Assembly (NCBI GenBank): GCA_047602425.1
Contig: JASGHG010000001.1
Span: forward strand, 1,632,001-1,696,000
From: Nibricoccus sp.
Lineage (GTDB): Bacteria > Verrucomicrobiota > Verrucomicrobiia > Opitutales > Opitutaceae
Reading direction: 5' to 3'
DNA length: 64,000 bases
Made by a program: the position numbers and the translations under genes. This document shows, piece by piece, positions 10,371-20,536 of the stretch (positions are counted from its first letter, which is position 1; each line of letters starts with the position of its first letter). A model generated the notes under the pieces. The model was not told where the DNA came from, did not search any database, and saw nothing but the letters and a program-made list of their open reading frames with translations.

Positions 10371-10448
10371 GTGTTTCGGCCGGGGCGACGGAAAGCAATT
10401 CGACACCCGGAGCGCATCGGATGATTCGCGTTGGAATCGCGCGATGAC

Positions 10449-10489
10449 AAAACAAAAAGCCCCCGCCGCGGTTTACGCGGGCGGAGGCT
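10449..10489 (-). terminator. Rho-independent terminator after rpsT
   Basis: AGCCCCCGCCGCG...CGCGGGCGGAGGCT stem with a U-rich tail on the minus strand. Confidence 0.65.
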
Positions 10490-10519
10490 GGCGAAATGGG
10501 TTAAGCGCTGACGCGGACC

Positions 10520-10780
10520 TTACTTGGCCTGCGCGTACTTCGCAGCGTGCGATTTCGCACGGGCGGCGGCGTTCTTGTGCACCACGCCCGACTTGGTGGC
10601 CTTGTCCATGGCGGAGCTGTAAGCGATCGCAGCGGCCTTCGCAGCGGCGGCGTCGCCGGACTTGATGGCCTCGTCCAGCTTCTTGTGCAGGGTCTTCAGG
10701 CGGGTGTTGACACCCTTGTTACGGGTGGTGAGGCGCTCGGCTTTACGGGCGGCTTTGATAGCGGATTTGGTGTTGGCCAT
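10520..10780 (-). CDS. rpsT: 30S ribosomal protein S20
   Basis: MANTKSAIKAARK...MDKATKSGVVHKNAAARAKS. Confidence 0.96.
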   Translation of the reverse strand: MANTKSAIKAARKAERLTTRNKGVNTRLKTLHKKLDEAIKSGDAAAAKAAAIAYSSAMDKATKSGVVHKNAAARAKSHAAKYAQAK

Positions 10781-10971
10781 GGCGTGTTTCGACTTTTGAG
10801 CCGGACAGAAACCCAAACGAGCGCCCTAGAGTCAAGGGCAATTCTAAGTGCCCGCCGTTAACCAAGGTTTCAACGAACACGGTCCCTCGGCGTCGTTGAC
10901 CGCTCTTTCTGCATCGACTCCATGAATGCGCTCTCAAGACTTCGTCGGCAAATCCCCTCAATACCGATGCC

Positions 10972-12546
10972 ATGAAGCTGAAAACCCGCCTGGTGCTTCT
11001 GCTTTTGCTGATGTTCCTCGCCAGCTTGGCCGGGGTAGCGATGCTCCAAGCCATCCATCGAGCTGAGGAACAGGAGGCTTTTGCCTATAAACTGCTCGAA
11101 CGTGAAGACCTCTGCAATCAGGTCGTCCCGTTGCTTGAGTACCCCGTTGACCAGTTTGTCCGCGACTATTCGCAATGGGATGACTTGGTTCGTTTCGTCG
11201 CCGCGCCTGATCCAGAGTGGGCCCGGGTCAATATCGACAACAGCCTCACGACCTTTCGTCTCACGGCGGCGTGGATTCTCGATGCGCAAGGACAGGTCCT
11301 CTATGCCGCGAAGGAAGCTCGCGTCACAACGATGCCCGACATCCCCGCCGCGAATCCCCCCCTGCTCGATCTCCTGCGTAAAAAACGTTTTCTCAACTGC
11401 TATGCTCGCCAGGGCGACGCCACGTATGCCTTCCGAACGGCTCCCATCCAGCCCTCGGCCGACAACCAGCGCGTATCGCCTCCCCAGGGCTGGCTGATTG
11501 CCATTACTCCGGTCGATGCTGATTACCTCCAGCATTTCGGCACCTTGCTAGGCACAAAAGCAGAACTGCTCGCCGGATCCATCCCACGCGAGAGCCGTCC
11601 CTCCAACCAAATTACTCGCGAGTTAAGAGATTGCACCGGCCAAGTCATTGCCACGATCCGTCTCGACTATACTCCGCAAACCCTAACCAGTGACTCCAAT
11701 CTGCAGGAGATGCTCCTGCTCGTCGCCCTCGCCGTCACCCTCATCACGGCTGTCTTCTTCGCCTTGCATTTCTGGGTGCTCCGCCCGTTCGACCACATCA
11801 CCGAAAGCCTCGTCACCGGCAAACCTGATGCCCTCAAGCCGCTGCTCGGTAATCGCACCGAAATCGGTCACGTTGCCCGTCTTGTCCGGATTCATTTCGC
11901 CAACCAACGTTCCATGAGCGAAACCATGGAGGCGCGCGCCCAGCTCGCTCGGGATTTACACGATGGCGTCATCCAATCCATCTACGCGGCCGGCATGGGC
12001 GTCGCCGCCGCCCAGGCCCAGATCGACACCCAACCTGAAGCCGCCGCCAATCAACTTCAACAAATCCGCACGCTGCTCAACGATACGATCCGCGAAACCC
12101 GCAGCTTCATCACGGGCCTCGATTCCGGCAGCACCGACGACCAGCCCTTTGGGGCGGCGGTCGAGGCGCTTTTTGAATCCATGTCTTGGATACGCCGGGC
12201 CACTCCCGTTATCGAAATCAACGAGTCCGTCGCCCAACTCCTCCCGCGCCAATCTCGCGAGCAGGCGCTTCAAATGATCCGCGAGGCCCTCAGCAACAGC
12301 CTTCGTCACGGCCAAGCCTCGGAAATCAAGATAACCTTGCGACATGCCGGCGGAAACGCCGTCCTTTCTATTGCCGACAATGGTCGCGGTTTCGCCCTCG
12401 ATCAAAAAAAGGTCGGCGGCCATGGCCTCAACAATTTGGGAGAACGCGCAAATGCGATTGGTGCGCGGATAAAAATCGATTCTGCACCAGGCAAAGGCAC
12501 TTGCGTTACGGTGGAGTTCACCCCAACCAATCCGGCATCCCCATGA
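10972..12546 (+). CDS. Membrane sensor histidine kinase, CHASE4 + HisKA_3 + HATPase
   Basis: Two TM helices flanking RDYSQWDDL...NID (CHASE4-like), LARDLHDGVIQ, REALSNSLRHG, DNGRGF, GHGL, GKGT. Confidence 0.88.
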   Translation: MKLKTRLVLLLLLMFLASLAGVAMLQAIHRAEEQEAFAYKLLEREDLCNQVVPLLEYPVDQFVRDYSQWDDLVRFVAAPDPEWARVNIDNSLTTFRLTAAWILDAQGQVLYAAKEARVTTMPDIPAANPPLLDLLRKKRFLNCYARQGDATYAFRTAPIQPSADNQRVSPPQGWLIAITPVDADYLQHFGTLLGTKAELLAGSIPRESRPSNQITRELRDCTGQVIATIRLDYTPQTLTSDSNLQEMLLLVALAVTLITAVFFALHFWVLRPFDHITESLVTGKPDALKPLLGNRTEIGHVARLVRIHFANQRSMSETMEARAQLARDLHDGVIQSIYAAGMGVAAAQAQIDTQPEAAANQLQQIRTLLNDTIRETRSFITGLDSGSTDDQPFGAAVEALFESMSWIRRATPVIEINESVAQLLPRQSREQALQMIREALSNSLRHGQASEIKITLRHAGGNAVLSIADNGRGFALDQKKVGGHGLNNLGERANAIGARIKIDSAPGKGTCVTVEFTPTNPASP

Positions 12547-13211
12547 ACTCCCCCAAGCCCGTCATCCAATTGCTCATCGTGGACGACAGCCCGTTCGTCC
12601 GCCAGGGAGTGAAAGCCATCATTGAAACCATCGGACGTGGCTCCGGAATCAACGTCGTGGGCGAGGCCGCGTCCGTCGACGAAGCCATTAGGAAAAGTGT
12701 GCAGCTAAAACCCGATGTAGTGCTTTTGGACATACGCCTGCCCGATGGCTCAGGCATCGCCGCCTGCGAGAAAATCGCACGCCAAGACCCCGCGCCCAAG
12801 GTGCTTATTTTCACGTCTCATATCAGCGATCCTCTGATCTACGAAGCCATCACTGCGGGAGCCGAAGGCTATCTGATGAAGGAAATCGACCCCGGACATT
12901 TGATTGACTCCATCCAACGCGTCCACGACGGCGCGACCATCCTTTCGCCCGAACTCGCCTCGCGCATGATCAATCTCGTGCGCAAATCCGCCGAACCCGA
13001 CGAAAGAACTAAATTCGATCTTCTTTCGAACCAGGAACGGCGCGTCCTGGCCCTGGTTGCGGCCGGCAAGACCAACAAAGAAGTCTCCGCCGACCTCGGG
13101 CTCAGCGAAAACACGGTTAAAAACTATCTCGGCAGCGTTTACGAAAAGCTCGGAGTGAAAAGGAGATCCCAAGCTGCTTCCGTTTACGTTAGGGTCAGGA
13201 CCCAAACGTAA
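12543..13211 (+). CDS. NarL/DevR-like response regulator (REC + LuxR HTH)
   Basis: LIVDD, DVVLLDIRLPDGSG, GYLMK, LSNQERRVL...GKTNKEV...SENTVKNY...LGVKRRSQAA; ATG overlaps the kinase stop. Confidence 0.92.
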   Translation: MNSPKPVIQLLIVDDSPFVRQGVKAIIETIGRGSGINVVGEAASVDEAIRKSVQLKPDVVLLDIRLPDGSGIAACEKIARQDPAPKVLIFTSHISDPLIYEAITAGAEGYLMKEIDPGHLIDSIQRVHDGATILSPELASRMINLVRKSAEPDERTKFDLLSNQERRVLALVAAGKTNKEVSADLGLSENTVKNYLGSVYEKLGVKRRSQAASVYVRVRTQT

Positions 13212-13225
13212 AATACACCCATTCA

Positions 13226-13243
13226 GGCCTAGTCCACTAGGCC
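13226..13243. promoter_or_regulatory. Perfect 8-2-8 palindrome, candidate response-regulator site upstream of the pilin cassette
   Basis: GGCCTAGT-CC-ACTAGGCC, no U-tract, 57 bp before the ATG at 13301. Confidence 0.4.
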
Positions 13244-13300
13244 GTTATACCCGCCGGAAGGCCTCTACCTACCTTTTTCGTGGGCTGTTAGACTCTGGGA

Positions 13301-13774
13301 ATGGTACAGATCCCAAAAACAGCCGTTCGTTCCGCAACTACCCCGCGGGGAAAAGCCGCGACTAGAGGCCTCACGCTCGTCGAAGTCATGGTGGCCACTG
13401 TCGTGCTAGCTTTGGTGTTAACCACGTCGATTTCCGTTCTCGGGATGAATTTCAACACGATTGATACCGCGAGAAACAGCACGATTGCAGCTCAGGTCAT
13501 GCAATCGGAAATCGAACAACTGCGTCTTCTCAGCTGGACCGACATGCTGGCAAAAGTTGGAACGGCGACGACCAAAACCATCTCCGACCCCCAGACCGCC
13601 ACTTTCGTTTGCACACGCACGGTCACAGCCGATCCGGCCCGCCCGGCGACGATGCTCATCATAAACATCTCCACAACGTGGAAGAATCGCAACGGCACGG
13701 TGCATACACGTTCTTTCAGCACCAACTACGCGAAAGGAGGAATTTCCGATTACTATGTCACCCGCCATTCATAA
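13301..13774 (+). CDS. Prepilin-type protein (PilV-like minor pilin)
   Basis: Class III signal RG|LTLVEVMVA with E5. Confidence 0.85.
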   Translation: MVQIPKTAVRSATTPRGKAATRGLTLVEVMVATVVLALVLTTSISVLGMNFNTIDTARNSTIAAQVMQSEIEQLRLLSWTDMLAKVGTATTKTISDPQTATFVCTRTVTADPARPATMLIINISTTWKNRNGTVHTRSFSTNYAKGGISDYYVTRHS

Positions 13775-14375
13775 GCACCCCCAACGCTCGCGAGCAGCTT
13801 TCACCCTCGTAGAAGTTCTGGTCGCGATGTCGATTTCACTCATGGTGATGGCCGGAGTGATGTCGACGTTTCTGTTCACCACTCGAGGGAATTATACTGT
13901 GTTCAATTACACCGACATGGAATCCGAGGCCCGCAATTGCCTCGATCAGTTCGGCGTCGATGTCCGCATGGCCCAAGATATTTCGTGGGATAGTGTTGCT
14001 CCGACCGACAGCACAACCCGGATCAGCCTCGTCATTCCGACGGCCACAGGTACCAAAACCTGCTCGTATGAATATGATCCGGCTGCAAAAACGTTTAGCC
14101 GGATCACTCCTGGAGGAACGCAGATTTTGGTTCATTCCGTCAAACCAGGCTCGTTCGTGCTAAATGGTTTCAAAGTCAGCATTGATCCATTGACCGGGGA
14201 ACCCAATGCCGTTGCCGACCCAATCGACCCCAGCAATCGCTCTCAAGCCGCCACCGACTGCAAACAATTACAAATCATACTTACCACCACTCGAGAACAG
14301 CGCACCCTTGCAGTCGTAACCGCCAAGTTAATTTCCGCACGTTTTATCCTCCGCAACAAGAAGGTCACAATTTGA
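13755..14375 (+). CDS. Prepilin-type protein (PilW-like minor pilin)
   Basis: RAA|FTLVEVLVA with E5; DVRMA motif; C-terminal ILRN. Confidence 0.85.
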   Translation: MSPAIHKHPQRSRAAFTLVEVLVAMSISLMVMAGVMSTFLFTTRGNYTVFNYTDMESEARNCLDQFGVDVRMAQDISWDSVAPTDSTTRISLVIPTATGTKTCSYEYDPAAKTFSRITPGGTQILVHSVKPGSFVLNGFKVSIDPLTGEPNAVADPIDPSNRSQAATDCKQLQIILTTTREQRTLAVVTAKLISARFILRNKKVTI

Positions 14376-14382
14376 TATCGTC

Positions 14383-15840
14383 ATGAAAACGCCACTTCAA
14401 CAAAACCGGGGATCCATACTCCTCGTTACAATGATTTTCGTCGTGCTGGTAACCTTCATGGTTGCGAGCTACTTGGGCTTAACATCGACCTCACTGAAAG
14501 TATCGCACCGCATGTACCATTCGATCGCGGCCCTCGACGTCGCTGAATCCGGCCTCGAGGAGGCCATGTGGTCCATCAACAACGGCGGCATTAACACGAC
14601 CGGTGGCTGGACGATCAACGGCGCTGACGCCACGAAGACTGTAAGCAACTACCTCTTCGGTCAAAATAAGAGCGGGAGCGCCAAAATCTATGTTCGCAAT
14701 TTTGCCAGCCAGACAGCGACTCGGGTTGTCGCCTGTCGCGCTTCACTTGCCCTTCCAAATGCAGGCACGGTCGAACGCTGGATAGAGCTCACTCTGAGCC
14801 CTGGCATTTCTCCCTACGGACTTCCTCCTACCGGGAAACGTTTCGTAAAATTTAGCGGCCAGCCCACGGTGGACAGTTGGAATTCCGATCCGGATTTTGA
14901 TTCGTCTACGCCGTACGTGCCTTACAGCGCTGCGACCGCCCACGACAAAGGTGGCGTCGCCGCTGTGGAAATCACCGCCGACATCACAGTTTCCAACGGC
15001 ACCGTATGGGGAACCGCTGCGGTAGGCAGTAACAGCCTGAGCTCAATTACTCTTGGACCTAAAGGATTGGTCGGCCCTTATGGCACCCCCCAAGGTACGA
15101 TGCCTGGTGCCAGCACAGACTTCTCGGTTGCCCTGCCAAACATCGAACAACCTACAGGTGGCACTGTCACTGCCATTTCAGGTACTACCTTAACGGGCAG
15201 CAACGACCCTTTGCATCCCACAGTCTACACGGCCTCGTCTCTGTCATTTAATAAAGAAACGCTCACGGTTAATGGTTATGTAGAACTTCGCCTCACCGCC
15301 CCTGAAGGCCTTCCCGCTTTGACCATCACTGGCAATGGCGGAGGAATAAACATAGATGCCTCGATTGGATCAATCGTCATGCCCATCGACCCCGACAACC
15401 CCAGCGGTCCTACTCACATTGTCAACGGCCCGAGATCCGGGCTCACGATCTATACCGCCGGAGACGTTTCGATTCAGGGCAATGGCGTCGCCAACCAATA
15501 TACATCAGGTTCAGGTACGACCATGGGCCAGCCTTCGCTCTTTCAAGTCAAAGGGACCGGCACAACCCCCGGCGTTCAGAATATTACAATCGGCGGCAAT
15601 GGAAATCTGAGCGGCGTCGTTTACGCCCCCAACGCCGATATTACGCTCAACGGATTTGGTAATAGCGGCAACTTCTACGGCACTGCGATTGGCAACAGTC
15701 TTACCTTTAACGGATCCAATGTGGCCGTTCACTACGACGAATCGCTGAACAAATTGGGTGGCGCTACTCCGGCGCGCATCAGCAAATGGCGCGAACTCGT
15801 CACTCCCAACGAAAAACTCGCATACAGCGGCAAACTCTAA
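14383..15840 (+). CDS. PilX-like pilin with a large C-terminal beta-rich (DUF7305-like) domain
   Basis: NRG|SILLVTM lacking E5, AESGLEEA (PilX N-terminal motif), C-terminal GVVYAPNADITLNG...VHYDESL. Confidence 0.75.
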   Translation: MKTPLQQNRGSILLVTMIFVVLVTFMVASYLGLTSTSLKVSHRMYHSIAALDVAESGLEEAMWSINNGGINTTGGWTINGADATKTVSNYLFGQNKSGSAKIYVRNFASQTATRVVACRASLALPNAGTVERWIELTLSPGISPYGLPPTGKRFVKFSGQPTVDSWNSDPDFDSSTPYVPYSAATAHDKGGVAAVEITADITVSNGTVWGTAAVGSNSLSSITLGPKGLVGPYGTPQGTMPGASTDFSVALPNIEQPTGGTVTAISGTTLTGSNDPLHPTVYTASSLSFNKETLTVNGYVELRLTAPEGLPALTITGNGGGINIDASIGSIVMPIDPDNPSGPTHIVNGPRSGLTIYTAGDVSIQGNGVANQYTSGSGTTMGQPSLFQVKGTGTTPGVQNITIGGNGNLSGVVYAPNADITLNGFGNSGNFYGTAIGNSLTFNGSNVAVHYDESLNKLGGATPARISKWRELVTPNEKLAYSGKL

Positions 15841-15859
15841 AGGTCGTCTTTAGATAAGC

Positions 15860-16372
15860 CCTTGGTTTTGGAGCCGGTAAGCCGGATTCTGTGTACGCCT
15901 TGCGGCGGTGATCGTCATTTCTCTAACTGCTCGCGCAGCTTTTCGCCGAAGCGAAATGCGGCATACCCGCGGCTGTAGGACGGGCCGCCCAGCCGCCTAT
16001 TTTGCCTTGCACCGGATTGGGTTTTTCGTGCCGCCGTCATCGCTAACGACGCGGTGGGCTCTTACTCCACCTTTTCACCCTGACCTGCTTTCAAATCCCA
16101 AATCTCGCGATCTGGAATCCAAAAAACAGGCGGTCTGTTTTCTGTGACACTGTCCGTCGCACGCGGGATATGGCCCGCGGCGCCCCGGCTTGAGCAGAAG
16201 CGTGCTTGTGCGGTGACCTTTCGGCCGGTCCGACACGGCGCGACAACGTTTCTCGCCGGGAATCCTGCCCGGTGGTGTCCGGACTTTCCTCTCAAAGTTA
16301 CTTACGGGCGTGGCATTACCCACGCCTTGGGATCAAAGAACTAGGAGCGACGATCTGGCTCCAAAACCAAGG
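15860..16372 (-). ncRNA. rnpB: RNase P RNA (type A), unusually long
   Basis: Conserved GAGGAAAGTCC, ACAGAAA, GGTGAAA, AAACCC, GCAAG and ACAGAATCCGGCTTA motifs in order; 16-bp terminal pairing CCTTGGTTTTGGAGCC/GGCTCCAAAACCAAGG; P2 GATCGTC/GACGATC. Confidence 0.95.
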
Positions 16373-16478
16373 ACCGAAGATCATAGGCCACCGTTTTCCC
16401 AACGCAACGCCGAAGAAAAACTTCACTGACCAGTCCCGACCCATTTTCCTCCATCGACCACCCAACCCCCGCCGTCTC

Positions 16479-16520
16479 TTGGCTACTGACTTCTGGCGTC
16501 CGGCCTCTGGCATCTGGTTT
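16479..16520. repeat. Degenerate heptamer tandem array (CTGGCNT x6), STRR-like
   Basis: TTGGCTA CTGACTT CTGGCGT CCGGCCT CTGGCAT CTGGTTT. Confidence 0.6.
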
Positions 16521-16542
16521 CCAGCACGCGTCTCTCCGTGTA

Positions 16543-17247
16543 TCAGAAATCGAAATACACAATGCGTCCACATTGGTCGCAGGTCGCAAGCTTGTCGCCT
16601 TTGCGCGATTCCGACTCGGCTTCGCTGGAAACCTTCAAGTGACAGCCGCCACACTTTCCATCGCGAATCGGCACGCATGCCGGCAACCCGCGCGCCGCAA
16701 TCCGATCATAAATCCGGACGCTCGGCACATCGATGGGCTCCCGCGCCGCCACCACGGCCGCCTGCGCATCTTTGAGCTCCGCCGCGAGACTGGCCTCGCG
16801 TGTCTTCAAATCCCGGATACGCGCTTCATGGCCCGCGATGTTTTGCTTTAGCGTCGCTTCGGCCGCGTTGAATTTCTTTTTGGCTTCGTCGATCGCGTAC
16901 ATGACGCCGAGTTCGTTTTCCTCGAGTACACTGATCGCCGCCTGCGTCGTCTCGATTTCGTGACCCAGCGCCTGGAACTCGTCGTTTTTGCGCACGGAGA
17001 GTTGCTGCGTGCGATATTTTCCGAGTTTTTCCTCGGCCGCCCGAATATCCGTCTCCAAGGCCTTCTTTTTTACCTCCAGCTCTTTCATTTCCGTGCGCGC
17101 CGACTCGATGGCGGTTTTTTCAACGGCGATTTTTTGCTCCACAGAAGCGATGTCACGAGGCACAGCTTTCAATTGCGCCTCCAACGTGAGCCGCTTGCCG
17201 TCACGATCTTGCAGGATCAGGATTTTTTCGAGGGCGGGGTGACGCAT
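16543..17247 (-). CDS. Coiled-coil protein with C4-type zinc ribbon (DUF164/CT398-like)
   Basis: LILQDRD, long coiled coil, CGGCHL...CDQCGRI; start may be 17247 or 17256. Confidence 0.88.
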   Translation of the reverse strand: MRHPALEKILILQDRDGKRLTLEAQLKAVPRDIASVEQKIAVEKTAIESARTEMKELEVKKKALETDIRAAEEKLGKYRTQQLSVRKNDEFQALGHEIETTQAAISVLEENELGVMYAIDEAKKKFNAAEATLKQNIAGHEARIRDLKTREASLAAELKDAQAAVVAAREPIDVPSVRIYDRIAARGLPACVPIRDGKCGGCHLKVSSEAESESRKGDKLATCDQCGRIVYFDF

Positions 17248-17345
17248 ACGATGCATCGTATGCGGCTTCGTCCGCCGGGCTCAATACCCAACTTACCCGG
17301 ATTTTCGCCAACCGCCCTCGCTGCTCCGGCTAAGCCGATTCCCGG

Positions 17346-17759
17346 TCAAATGTAATACATTTGGTCCGGGTTTTTCGCGACCAGCTTGTCGAGGGTGTAG
17401 CCACGGACCTTCGCTTCGAAGGAATCCCGGACTTCTTTCCAAATTTGGTTCACATGCTTGGCCGATTGTCCCGAACCGGCCGTGGTGATTTCCAACAAAT
17501 CCCCTTCGATCACCTCCACGATATCGAGCAGCGTGATCTTTTCCGGGTCCCGCGCTAGGGCATAACCGCCTTGTTTGCCCCGCCGACTGGTAATCAGCCC
17601 GCCGTTGCGTAATTCGCTTAAAATTTGCACCAAATAATTCGCCGGGACCGCCTCCAATCGCGCCAGCTCTTCGATGTGCGCCAGCTCCTCGCTACCATGT
17701 TGACGCGCCAACTGGGCAAGCACGCGACAAGCGTAATCAACTTTCACCGATAACTTCAT
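17346..17759 (-). CDS. Rrf2-family transcriptional regulator
   Basis: MKLSVKVDYA...YLVQILSEL...SRRGKQGGYALARDPEKITLLDIV; lacks the IscR-type Cys triad. Confidence 0.92.
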   Translation of the reverse strand: MKLSVKVDYACRVLAQLARQHGSEELAHIEELARLEAVPANYLVQILSELRNGGLITSRRGKQGGYALARDPEKITLLDIVEVIEGDLLEITTAGSGQSAKHVNQIWKEVRDSFEAKVRGYTLDKLVAKNPDQMYYI

Positions 17760-17800
17760 GATGCCGAGGGTAGGACGTTATCTTTAGTTCGCAACCTTAA

Positions 17801-20428
<2,628 letters not shown>

Positions 20429-20432
20429 GCAA

Positions 20433-20507
20433 GGTCATGGGTCATAGGTTATGGGTCATGGGTCGGAAAATTCACCTATAACCCATCACCCATTACCAAT
20501 CACCTAT
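20433..20507. repeat. Two inverted heptamer arrays (GGTCATG x5, then CACCCAT x5) forming a long imperfect hairpin
   Basis: GGTCATG GGTCATA GGTTATG GGTCATG GGTCGGA / CACCTAT AACCCAT CACCCAT TACCAAT CACCTAT. Confidence 0.8.
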
Positions 20508-20536
20508 TCCGCCACCCACCATCTCCCACCTTTTCC

